Part shown: positions 30,212 through 38,856 of the stretch, in pieces
How the letters are laid out: every line of letters starts with the position of its first letter
Position numbering within the stretch: the stretch's first letter is position 1
Assembly (NCBI GenBank): GCA_947631385.1
Contig: CANRLE010000002.1
Location: 1 to 58,466, forward strand
Source of the DNA: an uncultured Clostridia bacterium
GTDB lineage: Bacteria > Bacillota > Clostridia > TANB77 > CAG-508
Direction: 5' to 3'
DNA: 58,466 bases
Notes under the pieces: generated by a model
Told to the model about the DNA's origin: nothing
What the model saw: only the letters and a program-made list of their open reading frames with translations
The model's database searches: none
Program-made: the position numbers and the translations under genes

Positions 30212-31243
30212 ATGAAAAAAAATATAATTAAATCAATTGTATTTATATTCATTTTTTGTGCTATTTTATTTATTATTACTAAAATACTATGGTTGCCACC
30301 AAATGCTATTTCTTATTTTTATAAAGAAAAAGAAAATTCTTTAGATGTTGTTTATGTTGGAAGTAGTAATGTGTTGGCTCATTTTAATACAACGTTAGCA
30401 TATAATTTATATGGATATACAACAGGCATTTTATCTTCAAATGCGCAACCATTTGCTTTGATAAAGTATTTACTTAAAGAAGCAGAAAAATATCAAAATC
30501 CAAATTTATATATTGTAGATATAACAAAGATAACGGATGATATAGATTACTTTTCAACAGAAAATATTAGAGAATGCGTTGATAGTATGAAATTTTCTAG
30601 AAATAGAATAGAAGCAATTAATGAAGCATTAAGTTATAGAAAAGATGTTAGTAAGAATGAATATATAAATTATTATTTTAGTTTTTTAATGTATCATAAT
30701 AGATGGAAATATAATCCTAAGACTAATATTGTAGGAAACAAAAATTTTTATAAAGGATATTGGTTTACAAAAGAAACTTGTGAAGTAGTACCACAAAATA
30801 CCTATACTTGGAAAAAAGATTTAGTACCATTACAAGAAGATAATAAAAAAATATTAATAAGCTTAATTAATTATATTAATCAAAATAATTTAAAAGTATT
30901 ATTCGTAGTTCCTATAAGGTGTTATGATGAAGAACGAAATGGAAGATTGAATGATGCTATACGAATATTGCAAGAAAATGAATTAAATGTTATTAATTTT
31001 AATACATTAAACGATTTTGATGATATAGATTTTAGTAGGGATTTATATAATGAAGCACATTTGAATGTTTATGGAGCAACTAAATATACATTGTATTTTG
31101 CTAAATACTTAAAGGAAAATTATGAATTAGAAGATCATAGAAATGATGAAAATTATAGTTCATGGAACAAAGAATATGAAAGATTTAAAGAAAACTTTAA
31201 AAAAATGGTTAATAAAAATTATGAGGAATTGTTACAAAAATAA
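30212..31243 (+). CDS. Membrane-anchored extracytoplasmic DltD/SGNH-like acyl-transfer partner protein
   Basis: An AGGAGG RBS precedes ATG 30212; the ORF track's 30140 start overlaps the MBOAT gene. N-terminal TM, a VYVGSSNV block (compare GSSE in DltD) and C-terminal DLYNEAHLN (D..H). The family call is tentative. Confidence 0.45.
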   Translation: MKKNIIKSIVFIFIFCAILFIITKILWLPPNAISYFYKEKENSLDVVYVGSSNVLAHFNTTLAYNLYGYTTGILSSNAQPFALIKYLLKEAEKYQNPNLYIVDITKITDDIDYFSTENIRECVDSMKFSRNRIEAINEALSYRKDVSKNEYINYYFSFLMYHNRWKYNPKTNIVGNKNFYKGYWFTKETCEVVPQNTYTWKKDLVPLQEDNKKILISLINYINQNNLKVLFVVPIRCYDEERNGRLNDAIRILQENELNVINFNTLNDFDDIDFSRDLYNEAHLNVYGATKYTLYFAKYLKENYELEDHRNDENYSSWNKEYERFKENFKKMVNKNYEELLQK

Positions 31244-31271
31244 CATTTCTATAACAATTTTGTAACAATAA

Positions 31272-31300
31272 TTGACACAAAAATTCTCTTTTTATATACT
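31272..31300 (+). promoter_or_regulatory. Sigma-A-type promoter (TTGACA-17 nt-TATACT) for the LRR-dockerin gene
   Basis: Read directly in the intergenic gap 31244-31340. Confidence 0.5.
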
Positions 31301-31340
31301 TTTAAATGGAAATAAGTAGATAGAAAGGGAATTTTTTTAC

Positions 31341-33194
31341 ATGCAAAAGCGAAAAATAGCAATAACAATTTTAATATTAGCAATCGTGTTATTATTAACA
31401 CCAAAAGCACAAGCAACTGAAAAAGACATCACGCAAACCTTTGTTGATCAAAATTTGCAAAATAGCATATTGGAACTTGCTAAAAATGCTACAGGAGATG
31501 AAAATAAAACAAAAATTTATGAATCCGATATCGATAAAATAGTTGAGAAAGTAGGAGGAACATCCTTAAAACTACAAAATAAAGGAATCAAAAGTTTAGC
31601 AGGTATAGAAGCATTTGCAAATAAAGAAGTTACATGGATTTTCCTTGACTGGAATGAGATTACAGATTTAAATCCATTAAAAACATTCAAAAATTTAACC
31701 AAGATATCTTTTAGTGGTAATCAAGTAAGCGACTTAACACCATTAGCAAGTGTTACAACTTTAGAAAATATAATAGCTATTAACAATAAAATAAGTTCTA
31801 TTGATACAATTAAAAACCTAACTAATATAAAATATATTTGCTTAGATGGAAATAATCTTACAAATATAAATGCTATAACTGATTGGAGCAACTTAATAGA
31901 ATTATCATTTCAAAACAACAAAATTACTGAGATACCTAATTTGGAAAAATTAACACAATTAAATTCAATTAATATTAGTAATAATCAAATTCAAACTATT
32001 AATAATATGGCAAAATTAGAAAGCATAGAAAATTTAGAAATTAATAACAATTTACTTGCCTCATTAGAAGGAGTACAGAATCTTATTAATCTAAAAATAC
32101 TAAGTTGTAGCAATAATCAGCTTAAACAGATTTCCGGATTAGAAAGGCTTTCAAATTTAGAAAATGTAGATTTCAATAAAAATCAAATACAAGATATTAA
32201 TAAACTAAAACAAAATATGAAAATAAAGTACTTATATTTAGATAGTAATGTAATTTTAGATTTTAGTACATTAGAACAATTACCTAATTTACAAAAATAT
32301 AGTATTTATAATCAAAGCATATTCATTGAAGTTAAGGAAAAACTAGTAGGAGATTATATATTAGTTCCATTACCAGATTTATATAGTGCTCTATATAATA
32401 CTAATTCATTTATACATCAAAATAATCTTACTACAGAAGCAATAGGAACTAATTATTATGAAGTTGATAAAAGCAAAAAGAATATAAAACTAAAAGCAAA
32501 TGATTTAAAACGTAATAATATAACAATTCGTGTTTTTGATAATAATAACACATTTTTAACTTATACAATTCAGGCAGACAAAATTGCACCTGTCATAGAG
32601 GGCGTTATTAATAATAAAACTTATATAGAAGAATCTGTTATACCAATTTGCGACGATGATGATATTGGAGATGTACAATTAACAAAAAATGGATTAAAAG
32701 TAGTATATAATTTAGGAGATACTATTAAGGATAATGGAAAATATATATTAAGAATTAGTGACAAAGCGGGAAATCAAGCTACTGCTCAATTTGAAATAAG
32801 AGATGAAATAATAGAAAGTGATACATATAAAATAGATGGACAATATATTACAGGAATTACTTCAAATACAGATTTTAATAATTTTAAGAAATTATTAAAA
32901 ACAGAAGGAAACTATAATATTTATCGAGAAAATCAAAAACTATCAGCTAATCAAATAATCGTGACAGGAGACAAATTGACAACTCAATATGGAAAGAATT
33001 TTTATTTAGTAGTAAAGGGTGATATTACAAAGGATGGATATGCTAATATCAGCGATTTAGTTCGATTAAGAAAATATATACTAAAAATAGATCAATTTAG
33101 TGAATTAGAAAAAAAGGCAGCTGATTTAAGCGGAGACAAAAAAGCAGACATTCAGGATTTGGTATATATTAGACAAACTATAATAAATAAATAA
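31341..33194 (+). CDS. Secreted leucine-rich-repeat (internalin-like) protein with a C-terminal dockerin domain
   Basis: Signal peptide (...TPKAQA/TE). About 11 x 22-aa LRRs (LxxLxxLxLxxNxIxxIxxL). C-terminal duplicated Ca-loop/helix segments GDITKDGYANISDLVRLRKYIL and ADLSGDKKADIQDLVYIRQTII. Confidence 0.7.
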   Translation: MQKRKIAITILILAIVLLLTPKAQATEKDITQTFVDQNLQNSILELAKNATGDENKTKIYESDIDKIVEKVGGTSLKLQNKGIKSLAGIEAFANKEVTWIFLDWNEITDLNPLKTFKNLTKISFSGNQVSDLTPLASVTTLENIIAINNKISSIDTIKNLTNIKYICLDGNNLTNINAITDWSNLIELSFQNNKITEIPNLEKLTQLNSINISNNQIQTINNMAKLESIENLEINNNLLASLEGVQNLINLKILSCSNNQLKQISGLERLSNLENVDFNKNQIQDINKLKQNMKIKYLYLDSNVILDFSTLEQLPNLQKYSIYNQSIFIEVKEKLVGDYILVPLPDLYSALYNTNSFIHQNNLTTEAIGTNYYEVDKSKKNIKLKANDLKRNNITIRVFDNNNTFLTYTIQADKIAPVIEGVINNKTYIEESVIPICDDDDIGDVQLTKNGLKVVYNLGDTIKDNGKYILRISDKAGNQATAQFEIRDEIIESDTYKIDGQYITGITSNTDFNNFKKLLKTEGNYNIYRENQKLSANQIIVTGDKLTTQYGKNFYLVVKGDITKDGYANISDLVRLRKYILKIDQFSELEKKAADLSGDKKADIQDLVYIRQTIINK

Positions 33195-33205
33195 GGAGAA
33201 CTACT

Positions 33206-33874
33206 ATGAGAAAAACTATGATAATATGTTGCTTAATAATTTTTCTATGCTTTCAAGTACCAACTTATGCAGCAAATATTGAATTGAATTTAGAAGCTGA
33301 TAAACAAAATTATATAGTTGAAGGACAAGGACAAAAAATTGAAATTTATGTGAAATTAGGAAATTTTATAAATATTCCAGAAAAAACATCCTTAGGGTTT
33401 TCAGCAATGCTTGCATACGATGAAAATATTTTTGAAAATGTTAATGTTTCAGCCGTAAATGAGTGGAATATTTTATATAATGAAAATAGTCATATATTGC
33501 AAGGAGATACACAAAAAGCAAATTCTAATACAACTATTGCTAAGATAGAATTAAAGTTAAAAGGACAAACTACTAAGCGAAACGAAAGAACTATAATACG
33601 TTTAAAAAATATCATAATTTCAGATGGGAATTTTGAAATAAAACAAGAAAAAGAAATTGAAATTAATATAACCAATAGTACTGTAGAAGAAACAACACAA
33701 CAAATAAAAGAAATATCTGTCTTAACAGGAGAAAACTCATTAAAAGCAATGACTTCATCTTCTGAAAATGAAAGATTACCAAATGTTGGATTACAAAAAA
33801 AATTAATAATTGCAATAGTAATATTGTTAATAGCAATGATTATATTTAGAATAAAAGCACGAAAAATAAAGTAA
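33206..33874 (+). CDS. Cell-wall-anchored cohesin-domain protein 1
   Basis: Signal peptide. The cohesin-like module (IELNLEAD...GQKIEIYVKLGNF...LGFSAMLAYDENIFENV...IAKIELKLKG) is followed by LPNVG, a hydrophobic stretch and an RIKARKIK tail. Confidence 0.6.
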   Translation: MRKTMIICCLIIFLCFQVPTYAANIELNLEADKQNYIVEGQGQKIEIYVKLGNFINIPEKTSLGFSAMLAYDENIFENVNVSAVNEWNILYNENSHILQGDTQKANSNTTIAKIELKLKGQTTKRNERTIIRLKNIIISDGNFEIKQEKEIEINITNSTVEETTQQIKEISVLTGENSLKAMTSSSENERLPNVGLQKKLIIAIVILLIAMIIFRIKARKIK

Positions 33875-33996
33875 AAAAAGTAATATAAATGTAACAATAA
33901 TGTAATTAAAACGTAAAACAAAATCTATTGTCGATATTTAGTAAAAATGGTAAAATAAACAATGTATAAAATAATAAAATAGAAAGAGGTAATCAA

Positions 33997-34878
33997 ATGA
34001 AGAAAAAAGTATTAATGTTAATTGTTATAATATCTATTTTTGTTATTATTTTTAATTATTGCATAGCAGCTGAGGCAAAAAATATAGAGCTTAATGTACA
34101 GGATCAAATTACTGTTGAAGAAGGAACTGAAACATTAGAAGTAATTGTTGGACTAGGAGAATTTACAGGAATAGAAGATAATGTTGTGCTGGGGCTTGAA
34201 GCACAATTAGAATATAATGAAAATATGTTTACTAGTATAGAAGCAGAAGGAACTAATGGATGGATAGTTACTTATGAACCAGCAACTAAAGTATTAGTGG
34301 GTGAAGTAACATCAGCAATAGCTAAATCTAATACAAACATTGCTAAGATAACATTAAAATTAAAAAGTGGATTAACAGCAGGAACAGAAGGAGAAATTAA
34401 ATTAAATAATGTAATATTAAGTGGCGGTGGTGAAGATGAAAAATTTGAGTTTAATAAGATAGTTAAAGTGGCAGTAGAAGAAAAGCAAACTACAGTACAA
34501 CCAACACCACCAAGCACTCCACAAACACAACAACCTTCAACAACTCCAGAATCGCCAACACCAACTCCATCAACTACAACGCAAACTCCGTCAACTCCAA
34601 GTACTCCAGCAGCACAAACTAATACTCAAGATAATACAAGTAAACAAAATTTAAATACTAATAATAATCGTGCAAATACAAATATACCATCTACTAATAA
34701 TACAAATGTTAAAGATATAGTAGCAACAAATACTAAAACAATAACGTCAGCGACAACGGCAGAAGTTAAAAATATACCTAAAGCAGGAAAAAGTAATATT
34801 CCAATTATAATATTTATAGTTACATTAATATCATTAAGTTTTAGTTTTATTCGTTATAAAAGTATTAAGTTAAAATAA
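33997..34878 (+). CDS. Cell-wall-anchored cohesin-domain protein 2 with a Pro/Thr-rich linker
   Basis: The cohesin-like module (IELNVQD...GTETLEVIVGLG...LGLEAQLEYNENMF...IAKITLKLKSGLTAGTEGEIKL) is colinear by eye with CipA-type cohesins. It is followed by a PT linker (PTPPSTPQTQQPSTTPESPTPTPS...), IPKAG, a hydrophobic stretch and a basic tail. Confidence 0.65.
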   Translation: MKKKVLMLIVIISIFVIIFNYCIAAEAKNIELNVQDQITVEEGTETLEVIVGLGEFTGIEDNVVLGLEAQLEYNENMFTSIEAEGTNGWIVTYEPATKVLVGEVTSAIAKSNTNIAKITLKLKSGLTAGTEGEIKLNNVILSGGGEDEKFEFNKIVKVAVEEKQTTVQPTPPSTPQTQQPSTTPESPTPTPSTTTQTPSTPSTPAAQTNTQDNTSKQNLNTNNNRANTNIPSTNNTNVKDIVATNTKTITSATTAEVKNIPKAGKSNIPIIIFIVTLISLSFSFIRYKSIKLK

Positions 34879-34884
34879 AGATTG

Positions 34885-34920
34885 AATCAGTATAGTGTTA
34901 AATACTATGCTGATTTTTTT
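34885..34920 (+). terminator. Rho-independent terminator
   Basis: The aatcagtatagt / actatgctgatt stem (one G-T pair) with loop gttaaat, followed by T7. Confidence 0.7.
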
Positions 34921-34994
34921 ATAAAAGCTTATATATACATATTTCAGTAGTAATAAAAAAATTGAAAAAAATTTATTTTTTTTTCGAAAAACTA

Positions 34995-35023
34995 TTGCAT
35001 AATAAAAATATTAATGTTATAAT
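34995..35023 (+). promoter_or_regulatory. Strong sigma-A promoter with extended -10 (TTGCAT-17 nt-TGtTATAAT), preceded by A/T tracts
   Basis: Read directly. The upstream A7/A7/T9 tracts (34955-34984) resemble an UP element. Confidence 0.6.
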
Positions 35024-35055
35024 TCATATAGTTTAAACAAAAGGAGGAGTTTTAA

Positions 35056-35586
35056 ATGAAAAAACTAATTTCAATTGCAGTTTTATTTGTAATGGTAGCA
35101 GTTTTAGCTACAACAATAGTAAATGCAGAAGGAGTAACACGTAACACACTAGCTGATGAACTTTATGCTATAGGATCAAAATATGGTCTAACAAAAGAAA
35201 ATAAAGTTGAAATCGAAAGATACATCAAAGAATATAACGTAACAGATAAACAAGCTAGTGAAGTTTATGCAAAGGCAACACAAGCTGTTAGTGAACTAGA
35301 AGCAGCTGGAATTACAGATATAAAAGATGTAACACCAGAATTAAAAAGCCGTTTAGTATCACTTGCAAATAGTGCTGCAGAAGTTGTTGGAGCAAAATTA
35401 ACATTAGCAAATGGTAAGTTAGATGTTGTTGGACCAGATGGAAAATTATTTACAACACTTACTTACAAAGACGGAAAATTAGTTTACACAGGAAATAATG
35501 TAAACACAGTTTTAGTTGTTTCTTCAGTAGCAGTTTTAGCCCTTGCTACAGCTTTTGTAGCAAAAAGAAAAATGGCTAATGCATAA
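35056..35586 (+). CDS. Small secreted surface protein with a sortase-type C-terminal anchor signal
   Basis: Very strong RBS (AAAGGAGGAG). Signal peptide (...IVNA/EG). C-terminal LVYTGNN, then a hydrophobic stretch and a KRK tail. No recognisable family. Confidence 0.6.
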   Translation: MKKLISIAVLFVMVAVLATTIVNAEGVTRNTLADELYAIGSKYGLTKENKVEIERYIKEYNVTDKQASEVYAKATQAVSELEAAGITDIKDVTPELKSRLVSLANSAAEVVGAKLTLANGKLDVVGPDGKLFTTLTYKDGKLVYTGNNVNTVLVVSSVAVLALATAFVAKRKMANA

Positions 35587-36199
35587 CAAAATTATTGGGA
35601 AAACAATAAAAGCAACTATTAGTAAAATAATAGTTGCTTTATTCATTACAATAGCTATTGTATTATCAATCTATTTATTTTTAGGGGCTAGAATAAAAGA
35701 AGTGATGTCAATAGCAAGTAAAGTAGCAATAGACAGCGAAAATAAAGAAATAGAACCAATTGTTATTGATGACAATGAAGGTTTAACAAATTATCCTGAA
35801 TATGGAACACAATATGCCACAATAGAAATTCCTTCAATCAATGTAAATTTGCCAGTTTATTTTGGTGATACATTAGATATTTTAAAAAAAGGAGTTGGAC
35901 ATTCAGCAGGAAGCTATTTCCCAGGAGAAGGTGGCTCAATTGTATATATGGGACACAATTTTCCTACATTTTTTAGAAGATTTTCTGAACTAAAAAAAGG
36001 TGATGAAATTACTATAAAAGCAACATATGGAGAATATAAATATAAAATATATGATATGCAAATTATTAAAGAAACAGAAACAGAAAAAATTCCAATACAA
36101 GACGAAGAAGAAATTTTAATGGTATATACATGTTATCCATTTAATAATATAGGATATGCAACTCAAAGATATGTAGTATATGCGAAATTAGAAAAATAG
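35579..36199 (+). CDS. Sortase-family transpeptidase
   Basis: N-terminal TM. IEIPSINVNLPVYFG, catalytic His in SIVYMGHNF, MVYTCYP (TLxTC-type Cys) and QRYVVYA (Arg). Overlaps the upstream substrate gene. Confidence 0.8.
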   Translation: MHNKIIGKTIKATISKIIVALFITIAIVLSIYLFLGARIKEVMSIASKVAIDSENKEIEPIVIDDNEGLTNYPEYGTQYATIEIPSINVNLPVYFGDTLDILKKGVGHSAGSYFPGEGGSIVYMGHNFPTFFRRFSELKKGDEITIKATYGEYKYKIYDMQIIKETETEKIPIQDEEEILMVYTCYPFNNIGYATQRYVVYAKLEK

Positions 36200-36212
36200 A
36201 AGGGAGAAGAAA

Positions 36213-37046
36213 ATGAAAATAGCAAAAAAAATATTAAGATATATTGTAGCAATTATACTAACATTATTAATTATCATATTAGTTTTAGTATCATTAACTT
36301 CTTCCACTATAGCTAATAAAGATTACATATATAAAAAATTAGAAGAGGCGGATTATTATACTAAAATATATGAAATGGTAAAATCTAATTTTGAAAATTA
36401 TATCTACCAGTCTGGGCTAGATCCAACAGTCTTACAAGATATAGTTTCTGAAAAAAAGGTAAGAGAAGATACCAATACTATTATTGATAATATTTATGCT
36501 GGTCTAGAAGAAAAAATTGAAACAGATTCAATAAAAGATAATTTGAATGCAAATATAGAAAAATCTTTAGGAAAAACATTAAATGCTACACAAAGACAAG
36601 CAGTTGACACATTGATTAATGAAATATTAAAAGAATATACTAATACAATTTTACATTTTAATTTTGAAAATGAAATAAATAAAGTTTATCAAAAAGCAAT
36701 GAAATATGTTGATTTAGCAAAAAAAGTAATTATAATAGCAATTGCTGTATGTATTTTGTTGTTAATTGGAATAACAATGAGAAGAATTTATAGAATATTC
36801 AATTTCTTAGGAATATCTTGTATATCTTCAGGATTGTTTTTAGTAATTGTGAATTTATTTATTAATCAAGGAATTAAGGTACAACATATTACTATTTTAA
36901 ATGATGGAATGTCAATAGTTATAAGAAATATTTTGTTAGAAATGTTAAATAGTATTATGCTATATGGTTGCATATTAATTGGAATAGGTTTTGTTAGTAT
37001 TGTAGGAACTAATTTAATACATAATATACGAAAATATAAAAATTAA
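36213..37046 (+). CDS. Membrane protein of unknown function (N-terminal TM, extracytoplasmic helical region, C-terminal TM bundle)
   Basis: ORF with RBS (AAGGGAG). Call rests on the hydrophobicity pattern only. Confidence 0.5.
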   Translation: MKIAKKILRYIVAIILTLLIIILVLVSLTSSTIANKDYIYKKLEEADYYTKIYEMVKSNFENYIYQSGLDPTVLQDIVSEKKVREDTNTIIDNIYAGLEEKIETDSIKDNLNANIEKSLGKTLNATQRQAVDTLINEILKEYTNTILHFNFENEINKVYQKAMKYVDLAKKVIIIAIAVCILLLIGITMRRIYRIFNFLGISCISSGLFLVIVNLFINQGIKVQHITILNDGMSIVIRNILLEMLNSIMLYGCILIGIGFVSIVGTNLIHNIRKYKN

Positions 37047-37066
37047 TATTAATAATATAAAATATA

Positions 37067-37095
37067 TTGAAAAATATTTTGATAAAGTGTATAAT
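37067..37095 (+). promoter_or_regulatory. Sigma-A-type promoter (TTGAAA-17 nt-TATAAT) for the cpsC/D/B-like operon
   Basis: Read directly in the intergenic gap 37047-37127. Confidence 0.55.
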
Positions 37096-37127
37096 AAAAA
37101 GGTACGAAATAACTAGGGAGGAAATTC

Positions 37128-37844
37128 ATGGAAGAATTAGATTTAAAAGAATTATTTAACATGTTTTGGAGTAAAAAAGGGCAAATTATATTAATTATAT
37201 TGATTTTTATGGTAATAGGAATTATATATACAGTAGGATTTACAACACCTAAATATAGTTCTTATACTACATTGTTATTAGTATCATCTAGCAATACAGG
37301 AACTGCTACAGGTTCAATTACAACAACTGATTTAACATTAAATTCAAAATTAGTTTCTACTTATAGTACATTAGTAAAAAGCAAAACTACTTTAGGTCAA
37401 GTTATTGATAACTTAGGCGCTACTATAAGTGAAAATGCTTTAAAAAATAGCATAGCAGTTACAAATGAAAAAGATACAGAAATTATAAGAATAACTGTAA
37501 CAAATGAAGATGCCAAATTTGCTGCTCAAGTGGCAAATGAAATAGCAAATGTTTTTTCAGAAAAAGTAAAAGAATACTATAAATTAGATAATGTTCAAAT
37601 AGTAGATAAAGCAGAAGTAGAGACAACTCCATCAAACATTAATCATAGTAGAGATGTAATAATGTTTATGTTTATAGGTTTAGTTGTTGCTATTGCATAT
37701 GTACTATTATTAAATATGCTAGATACTACTGTAAAGACATCAGAAGATGTTGAAAAACTATTTGGAACTTTGCCAGTATTAGCAATTATACCTGTATATG
37801 GTTCAGAAAATACAAAAGCAAAAAGTAAAGGAGGTAGAAGATAA
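37128..37844 (+). CDS. Polysaccharide co-polymerase / chain-length determinant (Wzz, CpsC/YwqC-type kinase modulator)
   Basis: ELDLKELFNMFWSKKGQIILIILIF... N-terminal Wzz motif with two flanking TM segments. 238 aa. The stop overlaps the kinase start. Confidence 0.8.
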   Translation: MEELDLKELFNMFWSKKGQIILIILIFMVIGIIYTVGFTTPKYSSYTTLLLVSSSNTGTATGSITTTDLTLNSKLVSTYSTLVKSKTTLGQVIDNLGATISENALKNSIAVTNEKDTEIIRITVTNEDAKFAAQVANEIANVFSEKVKEYYKLDNVQIVDKAEVETTPSNINHSRDVIMFMFIGLVVAIAYVLLLNMLDTTVKTSEDVEKLFGTLPVLAIIPVYGSENTKAKSKGGRR

Positions 37845-38830
37845 TGAAAAAAGAATTAATAGCACATGAAGATCCAAAATCTCCTATTTCCGAAATATTT
37901 AGGACATTAAGAACAAATATACAATTTATGAATAACAAGAAAAAATTACAAACAATACTGATAACATCTACATTACCAGGAGAAGGAAAAAGTTGGGTAT
38001 CATCAAATTTAGCAACTACATTTGCACAAGCAGGAAAAAAGGTAGTTTTAGTAGATGCTGATATGAGAAAGGGGAGACAATATACTATTTTTGGAATAGC
38101 ACCAAGACCAGGATTGTCAAATTATTTATCAGATTATAGTGAAGAAGAGGGTAGACTAGATATTGCTGATTACGTACAAGAGACAGAAGTAGATGGATTA
38201 TATATAATTCCAGCTGGAAATGTACCTCCAAATCCATCTGAATTGTTAATATCAGAGACAATGCTAAATTTGATGGAACAATTAAAACAAATATGTGATG
38301 TAGTAATATTAGATGGACCTCCAACACAACTTGTAACAGACTCTTTAATCATGGCTAGAATTGTAGATTCAACAGTAGTTGTAACAGCAAGTAATCAAAC
38401 AAAAAAAGAAGACTTACGCAGAATTGTGGATAATATACAAAAAGTTGGTGGAAAGATAGCTGGAATTGTATTAAACAAAGTTACTATATCTGCTAAAAAA
38501 TATGAACAAACATATTATTATGGTTCTACGTCATCTTCTCATCATGGAAATAAAAAAGATGCAAATCTAAAAAGAAAAATGCCAAATGGTAATACTGGAA
38601 GGAAAGAAGAAAATAAAAAATTAGATAATAAACCCAATAAACCACCAGTAATGAAACAAGGTAATAATAATAAAAGTAACCAAAAGGAAGCACAAGAATT
38701 ACCAAAAGCATTTAAAAAAGACATAAAATCAGGAAACAAAGAAGAAATATCATTAGAAAAAACAAACGATATTTTAAAACAAATAAATAAATACTTAGAC
38801 CAAGAAAAGAAAAATTTAAATAAAAAATAA
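37844..38830 (+). CDS. BY-kinase (CpsD/CapB/YwqD-type tyrosine autokinase) with a long Lys/Asn-rich C-terminal extension
   Basis: Walker A ITSTLPGEGKSWVSSNLA, A' VVLVDADMRKG, B VVILDGPP, and Tyr cluster YEQTYYYG. About 100 further residues follow the Tyr cluster. Confidence 0.85.
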   Translation: MKKELIAHEDPKSPISEIFRTLRTNIQFMNNKKKLQTILITSTLPGEGKSWVSSNLATTFAQAGKKVVLVDADMRKGRQYTIFGIAPRPGLSNYLSDYSEEEGRLDIADYVQETEVDGLYIIPAGNVPPNPSELLISETMLNLMEQLKQICDVVILDGPPTQLVTDSLIMARIVDSTVVVTASNQTKKEDLRRIVDNIQKVGGKIAGIVLNKVTISAKKYEQTYYYGSTSSSHHGNKKDANLKRKMPNGNTGRKEENKKLDNKPNKPPVMKQGNNNKSNQKEAQELPKAFKKDIKSGNKEEISLEKTNDILKQINKYLDQEKKNLNKK

Positions 38831-38856
38831 AAGGTTTTAAAGGAGAATAAAGCGAT

